A DNA stretch of 63,182 bases, taken from assembly GCA_964413595.1 (NCBI GenBank), contig CAYPSR010000001.1, positions 1 through 63,182 on the forward strand, read 5' to 3'. The first letter of the stretch is position 1. Each line of letters begins with the position of its first letter. Under the pieces are notes generated by a model that was not told the DNA's origin, searched no databases, and was given only the letters and a program-made list of their open reading frames with translations. Below are positions 1-9,260 of the stretch, one piece after another. The stretch comes from an uncultured Candidatus Saccharibacteria bacterium (GTDB taxonomy: Bacteria; Patescibacteriota; UBA1384; DATEAH01; CAYPSR01). Made by a program: the position numbers and the translations under genes.

Positions 1-80
1 TGTCATATTTTGGTGGATTTGATATTTTTTCTGCCATAATCGCAAAACCAGCAATCTACCTAATGCATATTTTAACAGGG

Positions 81-1232
81 CTATAGAAAAACCTCTTGCA
101 ACCGACCGATTTGATACTTGGCATCTTTTTTGACTTCTTCTGCAAATTTTCTTGTTTTTCCCGCATCAAGAGCTTTTATCTTCTCAAATGAAAACCGTCC
201 GTATTTTAGACATTTCTTAATTAATTTTGGATCTCCCAGGCATTTATTTTTCGCAAGATGATAAACAATATCAACAATATCATATATATTTTCTCTATTT
301 ATACTTTCCTCTAATGCATTAATGTGATCGTTTGCTTCGGCCAGTCTTTCGCTCCAATTACTAAAAAACAAATAACCTACATCATTTTTTACAATCGTCT
401 TAAATAAAGTTTTTTCTTTTTGAATTTCAACATCTTCGCTCCATTCATCACCTTCATACTTTCCGAATCTATAATCAAAATCAACCCATTTCCAACCAAA
501 ACTATCAATTAATTCTTTATACGCTTGAAGAGTTTTTAGCGGATAGAAATTTGTTTGATCAATAAAATTTCTAATTGATGCAGTTAAATTATGCCAACCC
601 ACAAAACTACAAAACCCCAATACCGAATCATAGTTAGACATATCTGTAATCATTGGATCAATATCTACCAAATAAACTTGAGGTTTTTCATCTTTTTTGG
701 TTTTACCAAAAACATATTGTTCTGGTCTATAAATATCTCTCAGAACCATACCGTCCGCATGAACTTTTGCTATAAAATACTTAATTATTTTGGAAAAAAG
801 ATCATCAATCATTTCAAATTGTTCTGCAGTTTTTAAAAATTCTGGATTAAACTTACAAATTCTTCTTTCAGAAGTACCAGTACCCAAATCAGTTCCTTCA
901 ACTTTTTCCCATACTAAATAAATATTTGGATCTTGGTTCTGATCATAACCAATAACATATTCAAAAAAAGGAGTATTTATACCGAATTGATTTAATTCTT
1001 GAAAAGCTAATTTTAATTCATTTAATTTTTCAAACAAACGATCTTTGCCTTCAATAACTTCTTCATAACTATAATTTGTAATATCTGGAAAAAATGGTCG
1101 GTTTCTCAACTCACCGGCTGTTGTTGTATATAAATTTTCTTTAACTAAAAATTCCGGGTGTCCTTCCGGGGTTTTAATCCAAGGCTTATATCCTGTTTCG
1201 TTTAAATTTAAAAATGGTTGATATTTTTCCAT
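81..1232 (-). CDS. hypothetical protein with protein-kinase-like motifs
   Basis: ORF 81..1259 trimmed to Met10 (ATG 1230-1232) because a minus-sense TATAAT (1239-1244) lies 6 nt upstream. 'VLRDIYRPEQY' resembles an HRDLKPEN catalytic loop, 'YLVDIDP' a DFG-type loop, 'LVWEKVEGTDL' a hinge. Confidence 0.4.
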   Translation of the reverse strand: MEKYQPFLNLNETGYKPWIKTPEGHPEFLVKENLYTTTAGELRNRPFFPDITNYSYEEVIEGKDRLFEKLNELKLAFQELNQFGINTPFFEYVIGYDQNQDPNIYLVWEKVEGTDLGTGTSERRICKFNPEFLKTAEQFEMIDDLFSKIIKYFIAKVHADGMVLRDIYRPEQYVFGKTKKDEKPQVYLVDIDPMITDMSNYDSVLGFCSFVGWHNLTASIRNFIDQTNFYPLKTLQAYKELIDSFGWKWVDFDYRFGKYEGDEWSEDVEIQKEKTLFKTIVKNDVGYLFFSNWSERLAEANDHINALEESINRENIYDIVDIVYHLAKNKCLGDPKLIKKCLKYGRFSFEKIKALDAGKTRKFAEEVKKDAKYQIGRLQEVFL

Positions 1233-1457
1233 GCAAATATTATACAATAAAAATAACATTTATTCAATGTTATTTTTTTAATTATTCTTTTATGAATGAT
1301 ATTATTTTTTATTTTTCCCAAAAGAACTCAAAAATAAAATCAATCCCGGGATAAAAAGTGGAATTGTAAACAATATATAAGTATTGATAATTTTTATTTG
1401 AGTAGTGCTACTACAAGATGCCCCATAATTTGGATCTAAAAATTGAATAAATGGAAA

Positions 1458-1673
1458 TTAAATAAATAATGCTAAAACCAAAATTCCTAAAATCCGATCG
1501 TTTTTTCGTAAATATATTACAGATAAAACTAAATATAATAAAATAACTACAAATATCAAAATATGAATCCAAAAACCCGGTATATGATTAATTGCAGTTG
1601 CCACAATTTCAAATGCAAAAATTAAAACTGCAATTGCGATTAAAATGTAAGAAATAACCTTATTTATCTTCAT
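1458..1673 (-). CDS. small multi-pass membrane protein; frame continues past an in-frame TAA to 1305
   Basis: Two clear TM helices. The TAA at 1458-1460 falls inside a third hydrophobic stretch, and 51 further sense codons follow in the same frame. Confidence 0.55.
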   Translation of the reverse strand: MKINKVISYILIAIAVLIFAFEIVATAINHIPGFWIHILIFVVILLYLVLSVIYLRKNDRILGILVLALFI

Positions 1674-1783
1674 ACTTAATATTTAAAATTTTTACTCTTA
1701 TTAGCTTAATATAACAAAAACCAAATAATTAAACAATGCTTTTTTACTATATTATGCCCTAAAAATTCGCCGTTATTTTACTG

Positions 1784-1805
1784 CCATACTTGCAAGTACG
1801 CAAGT
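1784..1805. repeat. 22-mer ccatacttgcaagtacgcaagt containing palindrome ACTTGCAAGT; identical copy at 9300-9321
   Basis: Exact 22-nt match read directly. Lies 3' of the YerC-like gene. Confidence 0.8.
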
Positions 1806-1839
1806 ATAAACTAAGATATAAATTGAAAAAACGCAAAAA

Positions 1840-2115
1840 TTATTTTTTAAAGAGTTTTCCGATTAATGGACTACCTTTGGTTTTAAAATATACTTTATTG
1901 ATAGTATTTGACCCCATACCTAATATCTCATGAACTTCATAAAAAGTCTTTTTCTCTTTTAACAATTTTGCACAATATGTTCTTCTCGATATATCTTTGA
2001 TTTCTGCTGAAGATAATATATTTTCTAAAAACATCAAAAGACCTTTGCCTTTTAGTTTTGACAAAGTTTCTGTTAATAATATTTTAGCTTTTTGATCAAT
2101 GTTTTTCTCTGGCAT
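1840..2115 (-). CDS. TrpR-like YerC/YecD family DNA-binding protein
   Basis: 91 aa. 'AEIKDISRRTYCAKLL...KTFYEVHEILGMGSNTINKV' matches the YerC/YecD HTH pattern. Confidence 0.7.
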   Translation of the reverse strand: MPEKNIDQKAKILLTETLSKLKGKGLLMFLENILSSAEIKDISRRTYCAKLLKEKKTFYEVHEILGMGSNTINKVYFKTKGSPLIGKLFKK

Positions 2116-2128
2116 ATTTTTATTGTAT

Positions 2129-2160
2129 TATCATACTGCCGTACTTGCAAGTATGATAGT
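2129..2160. repeat. hairpin-forming element tatcatactgccgtacttgcaagtatgatagt with ACTTGCAAGT core at 2143-2152
   Basis: Arms tatcatact / agtatgata. A related copy is at 9261-9279. Sits 14 nt upstream of the YerC-like start. Confidence 0.7.
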
Positions 2161-2200
2161 GTAGAATTAAAATGATTTTCATTTAATATTCTTCAAAAAA

Positions 2201-2700
2201 TCATTTTTCATTTTTTAGCCCTAAATAATATTTGACCGAATTAACAAATTTTTCAGGATATTTTTTAACTTCATCATATAATTTCCTTGAAGAAATTAAT
2301 TTTATTGATTCAACTTCATCTCTCGCAAATTTTATTTTATTAATTCTGATATCTCTATCCAGAATAAAAAATTGATGAAATCTATTTTTATAAGGCTGTT
2401 GAATAAAAAACTTTGGACCTTTTTTTATTTCTTTTTCAAAAATTTTTAAACCTACTTCTTCTGATTCTTTAATAATATTTGAAACATAGCTCTCGTTTTC
2501 TTCGATAATACCCTCAACTGCTGGACCCCATTTGCCTGGAGAATGACTTTTATTAAGTCCTCTTCGCGCCATTAAAACTTCATCCTTTGAATTTTTATCC
2601 AAAGATCCGATACTCTATAGATATCGTTTTTTCTTATGCTAGTTCTTTCTTTTAAACCTATTCTATTGTCTTTATTATTAACAATAATTATTTTTCTCAT
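2201..2700 (-). pseudogene. NUDIX hydrolase with an apparent 1-nt frameshift in an A5 run (T5 on plus strand, 2592-2596)
   Basis: The ATG at 2698-2700 overlaps the upstream TGA (ATGA) and encodes 'MRKIIIVNNKDNRIGLKERTSIRKNDIYRVSDLWIK', then stops. The ORF track frame continues 'NSKDEVLMARRGLNKSHSPGKWG...EENESYVSNIIKESEEVGL' (Nudix-box-like). One extra A would join the two frames. Confidence 0.6.
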
Positions 2701-3398
2701 ATCTCCACTTCCCTTTTCCCCTCATCCAATATCTCAACCCTCAAATCTCCTCCACAATATTTTTCAATCAATTCTTTTAGTTCTTCCAGGGCAGTTTTTA
2801 ATTCATCTTTGTCTTCCATCAAACTTTCAATAACCAAAACTGCATTTTTCGTATTTTCAGTTAATTTTGTTCTACTCGCCTCTCGCCAATTCCATCGTCT
2901 ACAAACAGCCGTTATATCATCTTTATAAATAACTTCTCCTGGCTTTGGAGTTTTAATTTCTTTTTCACCCAAAAGCTCAACCTCTTTTTCATCATCTCCT
3001 GCAAAACACAAACACAAATCCCCTTTCATTTTATCCAAATCCTCTCCGCCAACAGGATACATATACTTAATTGAAATGTAATTATAAATAGCAACTAGCT
3101 TATTTATATGTCGCAGTTCTATGTCTTTTAGAATCATTCTATATAGGTTTTCAATAGAGCACCTGTATTCTTTTGGTTTTACACCAAATAAAAAATACGC
3201 TTTTCGCCAACAATCTATTTTTGAATCTTGTGATAATGTTTCTGTATTATAATTTTCTTTAATTCGTTTTTCTTCTTCTTGAATCAATTCCATTATCTCT
3301 GGAACTTCGCCAGAATTATCAATGCCCTTAGCAATAACCACGCCAATTTTAGTTTTTGGATATTTTTCAAAAATCTTTTCATCAATTACAAACTTCAT
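2697..3398 (-). CDS. B3/B4 tRNA-binding-domain protein (solo B3/4 family)
   Basis: 'YRCSIENLYRMILKD..LRHINKLVAIYNYISIKYMYPVGGEDLDKMKGDL' fits the PheRS-beta B3/4-like pattern. Confidence 0.6.
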   Translation of the reverse strand: MKFVIDEKIFEKYPKTKIGVVIAKGIDNSGEVPEIMELIQEEEKRIKENYNTETLSQDSKIDCWRKAYFLFGVKPKEYRCSIENLYRMILKDIELRHINKLVAIYNYISIKYMYPVGGEDLDKMKGDLCLCFAGDDEKEVELLGEKEIKTPKPGEVIYKDDITAVCRRWNWREASRTKLTENTKNAVLVIESLMEDKDELKTALEELKELIEKYCGGDLRVEILDEGKREVEI

Positions 3399-3970
3399 AA
3401 AACCACCTTTTCTTTTTTTAATAATTTATATTCCCCATCTTTTTCTAGTTCCAAAAAAGAACAATCACCTAAATATTCAATCTCTCCAAGTTTCAAAACT
3501 TCTCTTACAAAACATCGAATCACTCCACTGTGGGTTAAAATTACAACATTTTGATAGTTTTGTTTTGATATTTTTTTAAAAACACTCTTAACTCTTTTTT
3601 TAAAACTCTCATAAGTTTCTGCACCAGTTATGCAGCTCGTGTGATCAATAAATCTTTTAACAACATTTGGATGTTTTTCTTTTGCCTCTTTTTTTATCAT
3701 CCCGGTTAAAATGCCATAAGCATTTCTCTCTCTTAGATTTTTTTCAATTAAAATAGGGGATTGTAATTTTTCTGAAATTATTTTTGCAGTTTCCTGTGCC
3801 CTAACCCGAGGACTACAAATAATAGTTTCAATATTAATATTTGTTAATTTGGTTGCCAAAACCTCGGCCTGTTTTCTGCCTTCGCCAGTTAGATAATCTT
3901 CGTAATCTCCACCATAACGATTTTCTATATCGCCTGTTGTCTGCCCATGTCTGACTAAATATATTTTCAT
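3395..3970 (-). CDS. histidine phosphatase (phosphoglycerate-mutase-like) family protein
   Basis: N-terminal 'IYLVRHGQT' RHG motif and 'LTHSGVI' second His motif. Confidence 0.85.
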   Translation of the reverse strand: MKIYLVRHGQTTGDIENRYGGDYEDYLTGEGRKQAEVLATKLTNINIETIICSPRVRAQETAKIISEKLQSPILIEKNLRERNAYGILTGMIKKEAKEKHPNVVKRFIDHTSCITGAETYESFKKRVKSVFKKISKQNYQNVVILTHSGVIRCFVREVLKLGEIEYLGDCSFLELEKDGEYKLLKKEKVVL

Positions 3971-3979
3971 AATATTTCC

Positions 3980-4462
3980 TTAAAATAACTTTTTATAAAT
4001 ATGACAAACTGGCGTTCTACCAGTTTTTTGAAAATAATTTTGGTGATATTCTTCTGCCTTGTAAAAAAGTTTTGCTTTTTCTAATTTAGTTGCAATTTGC
4101 ATTCCTTTTTCTTCTAATATTTGAATTAATTTTTCCGCAATCTTTTTTTGTTCATCGTTGAAATAAAATATTTTAGATAAGTATTGTGAGCCAATATCTG
4201 GACACTGACCATTTCCTTGGGTTGGGTTATGAGTTTCAAAAAATAATCTTAACAACTTTTCATAGCTTATGATTTTTGGATCAAATTCTATTTCCATTGC
4301 CTCAACATGACCAGTTGTCCCTGAGCAAACTTGTTCATAGCTTGGGTCTTTAACATTCCCGCCAGTATAACCAACTGTAGTTTTAATTATTCCTTTTTCG
4401 TTTTGAAAAACATATTGTGTTCCCCAAAAACATCCCCGTCCAAATAATGCTTTATTTTTCAT
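3980..4462 (-). CDS. msrA: peptide-methionine (S)-S-oxide reductase
   Basis: 'GCFWGTQYVF' active-site motif; 160 aa. Confidence 0.93.
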   Translation of the reverse strand: MKNKALFGRGCFWGTQYVFQNEKGIIKTTVGYTGGNVKDPSYEQVCSGTTGHVEAMEIEFDPKIISYEKLLRLFFETHNPTQGNGQCPDIGSQYLSKIFYFNDEQKKIAEKLIQILEEKGMQIATKLEKAKLFYKAEEYHQNYFQKTGRTPVCHIYKKLF

Positions 4463-4817
4463 CTTTTTTAAACTCCATAGAAATTGAATTTACGCAATGT
4501 CGAATATTTTTATTAGTCATTTTTCCGCCTTTAAAAATATGTCCTAAGTGCGCAGAGCATTTTGCACAAACAATTTCAGTCCTCACATTATCTTTATCAG
4601 GAACTTTTAAAACTGCGCCTTTTATTTCATCATCAAAACTTGGCCATCCGCACGTAGATTTAAATTTTGAATTCGATTTATATAATAGGTTTCCACATCG
4701 CTTACAAACATAAGTTCCTTTTTCAAAATTGGTATTATATTTTCCGGAAAATGGCGCCTCTGTGCCTTTTCCAATTATTACTCTTTTTTCTCCTGGTGTT
4801 AGTTTGTTATATTTCAT
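4452..4817 (-). CDS. msrB: peptide-methionine (R)-S-oxide reductase
   Basis: Zn-site CxxC pairs 'CKRCGN' and 'CAKCSAHLGHIF', plus 'RHCVNS'. Overlaps msrA. Confidence 0.93.
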   Translation of the reverse strand: MKYNKLTPGEKRVIIGKGTEAPFSGKYNTNFEKGTYVCKRCGNLLYKSNSKFKSTCGWPSFDDEIKGAVLKVPDKDNVRTEIVCAKCSAHLGHIFKGGKMTNKNIRHCVNSISMEFKKDEK

Positions 4818-5812
4818 AATCCTTTTAAAATAATATTTTCAAAAAATTGTTTTAAATCCTTTTCTTTAATAAATCCACCTGCAGCCTGAGGATGACCTCC
4901 AATATTTGTATCTTTCAATCCCCTGCCTCCTTTTTTTAAAACAGTATAAGCTTCTCCTTTTTTTTCTTGATGTCTTGTGCTCAATCTTATCATTTGACAT
5001 GGTTGCTTTTCAATAAAAATAAATATCTCGCTTGGTTTTTCTAAAGATAATTTTGTAATAATCCCTGATCTCAAATCATATTTTGATTTAAATTGATAAA
5101 TATTAATATTTCCGTATTTTTTATTATTTTCTTTAAAATCTTTTTCAATTTTTTTAGTCTCGTTTCGAATAATACTTGAATATTTTTGAATTTCTGATAA
5201 ATTATTAAAGTTTGCTTTTTCTAAAATTCTAAATGCCTCTTTTTTATTAGAAAAATATGCCAACAAATCTCCAAATTTAAAAACAATATTTTTCCTAAAA
5301 CTATCTAAAGTCAAATTATTTTCTTTCAAAAACGAACTTACAAACTCTTGGTTTTCTTTGTATTTATCTCCAAAATCAGAAACAGTTCCTAAAACTGCCA
5401 GCCATTTTTTATTTTTTGTTAAGTCATAAACAGTTTTTGAAACCGGGATTTTTTCATTAGTATTATATTCTAAAATGAAATCAGAGATTTTAATTTCTTT
5501 GCTATGATGATCAATATATAAAATTTCAAACGTTTTCTCTAATTTTTTTAAATGGTTTGAAACATAAAAATTCTGAATATCTAACACAACTATTTTATTA
5601 AATACTTTTAATTTATTTTCAAATATTTTTAAACCTTGTTTTTGAAGATTAAAAATAAAAACTTTATGTTTCGCGTTTTTGTTTTTACAAAAATCAGATA
5701 TTAAAACTGCAGAGCACATTCCATCTAAATCATCATGACAAATAATTCCAACCTTATCACTAAAATTTAAATTTGATAAAAAAGTTTTCGCTTGCCTAAA
5801 CCCAATTTTCAT
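4814..5812 (-). CDS. DHH/DHHA1 family phosphoesterase (NrnA-like)
   Basis: 'ICHDDLDGMCSA', 'YIDHHS', 'GGHPQAAGG'. Confidence 0.8.
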   Translation of the reverse strand: MKIGFRQAKTFLSNLNFSDKVGIICHDDLDGMCSAVLISDFCKNKNAKHKVFIFNLQKQGLKIFENKLKVFNKIVVLDIQNFYVSNHLKKLEKTFEILYIDHHSKEIKISDFILEYNTNEKIPVSKTVYDLTKNKKWLAVLGTVSDFGDKYKENQEFVSSFLKENNLTLDSFRKNIVFKFGDLLAYFSNKKEAFRILEKANFNNLSEIQKYSSIIRNETKKIEKDFKENNKKYGNINIYQFKSKYDLRSGIITKLSLEKPSEIFIFIEKQPCQMIRLSTRHQEKKGEAYTVLKKGGRGLKDTNIGGHPQAAGGFIKEKDLKQFFENIILKGL

Positions 5813-5814
5813 TT

Positions 5815-6387
5815 TTAAATATTAATTCCAAAAAGTTTCAAAAAATACTTGTATCCTAAATAAAATGCAGAAATTCCAAAAATCACCCAAATAATATAAA
5901 GATATTTTCTATGCTTTATAAACTTCTTTCTTTGCTTAAATAAAACAATATCTAAAAGCTCATCTGCAAAGTATAGTGAAACATAAGTCCCAATTGCGGA
6001 AATTAGAATAATTATCCAGTCAGGCCAAGGATGTTTTAAAATAGTTCCAAAAGCTTTTGAAATTTGGGTTTTTTCGTAAATTTCTGGTTTTGTTAATATA
6101 AAATAAACATTAAAAGATATCGCAACAACCCAAACTATTATTTCAGAATAAACCATTCGCATTTTGGTTAAAAGACGAATTGGAAAATCTAAAATAAGTC
6201 CGCCGTCAGCAATTGGTGTTGCCATCACAAAAGCGCTCCAAGTAATTATTCCGAGTGTTATTCCCAGTGGTCCGAATTTAAAAACCAGATAAATAATATA
6301 CATAATTAAAATACTCAACGCTATTAAAAAACGCCACAGAGTATTTCTTTTTGTTTCATGTTCTTTAATGTTTTTGACTTTTAGCAT
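5815..6387 (-). CDS. integral membrane protein, unknown function
   Basis: Five or so hydrophobic helices; translationally coupled with both neighbours. Confidence 0.6.
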   Translation of the reverse strand: MLKVKNIKEHETKRNTLWRFLIALSILIMYIIYLVFKFGPLGITLGIITWSAFVMATPIADGGLILDFPIRLLTKMRMVYSEIIVWVVAISFNVYFILTKPEIYEKTQISKAFGTILKHPWPDWIIILISAIGTYVSLYFADELLDIVLFKQRKKFIKHRKYLYIIWVIFGISAFYLGYKYFLKLFGINI

Positions 6388-7055
6388 TACTTAAACCTAT
6401 AATTTTCTAATTCTCTAAGCGCGTTTTTTGCAATCCATTTCGCAGGTTTAGAATTTTGTTTTTCAATTTCGCGGGCTTTTTTAATTGCAAGCTTTCTTAA
6501 TCTTTCGTTTCTTTTACCTATCGTTCGCAAACTCCAATTAACAGCTTTTTTAATAAAATTTCTTTCATCATGTGATTCTCTTTCTATTATATCAAGAAAA
6601 TCTATAAAAACCTTATCGCCTACCATTTTATCATGAACTGCTTGCCAAGTAATAATTACAAATCCAGCGCGTTTTACAAATTCTTTTTTGCTTTTAATAT
6701 ATGAATATGCTTTTTCTCTTGCACCAGGAACTTTATCTAAAAGTGCTCCACAAATGCTATCGCAATCTGCCCAAGATTCAAAACCATTAACCCACTTATC
6801 CATTTGTTGTTTAGTAACTTTTTCTGGAATTTCAATAAATGAAGCAAGTAGTCTAGTATCATGATATCCGAGCGGATATAATTTTAATGCCAGCTCATGA
6901 TTTTTCCCAATATGCTTTGCCATCTTTCTCAAAACCGGCATTGGCACGCCAAACTTCTTTTTTGATGTAATTCCAAACCTCTCCATCCCTTTAATATTTT
7001 TTTGAGATGAGTGTTTTTTAAGTTCTTTTAAAATCTCATTTATTTGTTTTTTCAT
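6387..7055 (-). CDS. DNA alkylation repair protein (AlkD-like HEAT-repeat family)
   Basis: 'KGMERFGI..KKFGVPMPVLRKMAK' and helical repeats typical of the family. Confidence 0.7.
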   Translation of the reverse strand: MKKQINEILKELKKHSSQKNIKGMERFGITSKKKFGVPMPVLRKMAKHIGKNHELALKLYPLGYHDTRLLASFIEIPEKVTKQQMDKWVNGFESWADCDSICGALLDKVPGAREKAYSYIKSKKEFVKRAGFVIITWQAVHDKMVGDKVFIDFLDIIERESHDERNFIKKAVNWSLRTIGKRNERLRKLAIKKAREIEKQNSKPAKWIAKNALRELENYRFK

Positions 7056-7101
7056 ATTTTTGAATCTACCATTCTTAAATTCTCAAGAATTTAAGAATGC
7101 T

Positions 7102-7773
7102 TTATTTTTTAATTGCTTTTATCGCTATAAAACCTGGCGTTATTTTCCCACTGATTTTTCTCGAAGTATGCTCTCCTTCTTTAAAATTTAAAATATTAAA
7201 ATGCTTAAAAAATGCTTTTGAAAAATATTCTTCAAAAGTATGAGTCCAAAATCTTAAAGTCATTTTTTGATCATAAATTTTGTACTTAACTATTTCTTTT
7301 GATTCATAACTTTTAAATTGTTTTAGTTCAAAATCTCGAACCGGGTGTTCGGCAACAAAAATGAGGATTCCACCATTTTTTAAAATTCTTGCAATTTCTT
7401 TATAAACTTTATTAAATGTTTTTAAATAATGCAAAGAAAATCTACTGATAACCACATCGAAACTGTTATTTTTAAATTCTGTTTTTTCAATATTACAAAC
7501 TGATAATATTTCTGGGTTTTTAACATTTTCTCTCGCAATATTTATCATATTTAAGGAAGTATCTATCCCATAAACTTTTTTAGCACCAAGTTTTTCATAA
7601 ATTAAAATATCACTTCCGCTCCCACAACCAACATCCAAAACCATTTTACCTTTAAATTTCGGCAAGTTATTTTTAATAAAAACTCGCGCGTGATCTTTGT
7701 TTTTATTATAAAACTCTTTTTGATCTTTAATATATTTTTTCCCAATTTTATTGTATTGTCTTAAAATATCCAT
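7102..7773 (-). CDS. class I SAM-dependent methyltransferase
   Basis: 'VLDVGCGSGSD' motif I and 'FDVVISRFSLHY'. Confidence 0.85.
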   Translation of the reverse strand: MDILRQYNKIGKKYIKDQKEFYNKNKDHARVFIKNNLPKFKGKMVLDVGCGSGSDILIYEKLGAKKVYGIDTSLNMINIARENVKNPEILSVCNIEKTEFKNNSFDVVISRFSLHYLKTFNKVYKEIARILKNGGILIFVAEHPVRDFELKQFKSYESKEIVKYKIYDQKMTLRFWTHTFEEYFSKAFFKHFNILNFKEGEHTSRKISGKITPGFIAIKAIKK

Positions 7774-8543
7774 TAATGCCTCTCTATCCCCTGCACTTTA
7801 ATTTTATATTTCTTAGTCATTTTTTCAATATCATCCATGTATTTTTCCATATATTCTTTATCACTTGCCAGTTTAAAACTTTCGTTAAATTTCTTTGCTA
7901 AAATTTCCTTAAACTCTTTTCCTGCACCACGAAGGTTTATCATTTCAAACCAATAATAATCTACAAAGCCTTTTGTTTTTTTAATCAATTTTTCAACATC
8001 AACAAGCCCTGGAATAATTGGAGAAATAAACACATATGTTTTTATTTTATTTGTATGTAATGTTTTTAATGCTTTAATTCTATTTTCAAAACTTGGAGAA
8101 TTTGGCTCTAATATATTTTTAACATTCCCAGAAAAATTATTGATAGTCATTCCAACTTCAATATTTTTAAACTGCTTAAATAGATCCATATCACGCAAAA
8201 CCAAATCTGATTTTGTTAAAATTGATAAGTGAATATTTTTATCCATGTTTTCCAATATTTTTCTCGTAATTTCCAAATCTTTTTCTATTGGTTGATAAGC
8301 GTCACAAATTGAAGACATAAAAACATGCCCTTTTACATATCTATTTTTAACGAGTTCGGGTGCATTTTCTTTTGCCTCTACCCAAGTCCCCCACTGACCA
8401 TATTTTCGCCACCTGGCAATAAATCTTGCATAACAATATGTGCAGTTGTGCCCACATCCAACATAGGGGTTTATAACCCAGTCACATCCGGGAAGTTTGG
8501 ATCGCGTTATAATCTCTTTTGCTTTTGTTTTAATTATTTTCAT
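7773..8543 (-). CDS. radical SAM protein, SPL/DNA-photolyase-like (COG1533-type)
   Basis: 'NPYVGCGHNCTYCYAR' CxxxCxxC cluster near the N-terminus. Confidence 0.75.
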   Translation of the reverse strand: MKIIKTKAKEIITRSKLPGCDWVINPYVGCGHNCTYCYARFIARWRKYGQWGTWVEAKENAPELVKNRYVKGHVFMSSICDAYQPIEKDLEITRKILENMDKNIHLSILTKSDLVLRDMDLFKQFKNIEVGMTINNFSGNVKNILEPNSPSFENRIKALKTLHTNKIKTYVFISPIIPGLVDVEKLIKKTKGFVDYYWFEMINLRGAGKEFKEILAKKFNESFKLASDKEYMEKYMDDIEKMTKKYKIKVQGIERH

Positions 8544-8558
8544 TTAAAATTTACTATT

Positions 8559-8580
8559 CTGGTATTCTGCAGAATACCAG
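8559..8580. repeat. perfect 22-nt palindrome ctggtattctgcagaataccag; second copy at 52742-52767
   Basis: Read directly. With flanks (8558-8583) it is the reverse complement of 52742-52767 with 1 mismatch. Confidence 0.85.
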
Positions 8581-8598
8581 AGGTTATTGTTTATTATT

Positions 8599-9234
8599 TT
8601 ATGCTATTTTAAATTCTGGATTTGAAGGACATCTTACTTCGTATTCTGCAATTAATGGTTGGAGCTCTGGAACAACTGCATATCTTTGTAGGTTTCTTTC
8701 CGAATGTATCGGCGCAACTCTATGTATATATTCCAAATGTTTTTCAAGCATTCTCTGCTCCGATGAGACCGCAACCATTTCAGGGAGAATAGTTTTTGTA
8801 ATAACTACTTCTGGCAAACCATAATTCAAATTCGGGTTTTGTAAATATTCAGATAGCGGGATTTTACTCGCATGGTAATCGATTCGTGCGTAATCAACCT
8901 CATCATCACTAAATTGATAAGGCTCAGCGCGTCTAATTCTTTCTAAAATCGCCCAATCTAAAACAAAAATGCCACCATCGCTTAAATCAACTTTTATTTC
9001 CAAAAGAAAACCATCAGTGGAAAGCATCAGACTATCAAAAACTCCAGGAAATTCTTTATTATTAACCCAATCCCCTGGAACTGGATCAAATAAACAATAT
9101 GTAACCCTATTATTTTTATCACCATCAAAAGGAGTTCTAGGAATTAAACCTTTTTTGTTAGCAGCTGTTGCGGAGATAGATCTGCCCATTATCTGGTCAC
9201 AATTTTCAGGAAGTGTATAATGATAAAGTTTCAT
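8599..9234 (-). CDS. hypothetical protein of atypical composition; N-terminus 'KLYHYTLPENCDQIMG' faintly ADP-ribosyltransferase/Tpt1-like
   Basis: 211-aa ORF, visibly GC-richer codons, few Lys/Asn compared with neighbours. Confidence 0.5.
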   Translation of the reverse strand: MKLYHYTLPENCDQIMGRSISATAANKKGLIPRTPFDGDKNNRVTYCLFDPVPGDWVNNKEFPGVFDSLMLSTDGFLLEIKVDLSDGGIFVLDWAILERIRRAEPYQFSDDEVDYARIDYHASKIPLSEYLQNPNLNYGLPEVVITKTILPEMVAVSSEQRMLEKHLEYIHRVAPIHSERNLQRYAVVPELQPLIAEYEVRCPSNPEFKIA

Positions 9235-9260
9235 AACAATTTCTTAAATTTGTACTTCTA

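Noticed and set aside
591-836. Plus-strand ORFs antisense to minus-strand genes (591..836, 2636..2833, 3279..3579, 4417..4713, 8325..8612, 8969..9220, 10109..10291, 10705..10926, 12701..13045, 14845..15072, 20415..20603, 26804..27001, 27556..28213, 31083..31265, 31862..32480, 33520..33789, 34161..34442, 37157..37345, 37657..37932, 40708..41034, 42381..42605, 43831..44082, 44264..44485, 45734..46225, 46729..47346, 47448..47669, 49204..49699, 51979..52432, 54104..54331, 54847..55050, 59286..59477, 59887..60156)
   Set aside because: Each lies opposite a gene with strong family motifs or within repeats. They have low-complexity, Phe/Leu/Ile/Ser-rich translations typical of shadow frames in AT-rich DNA, and no SD or promoter.
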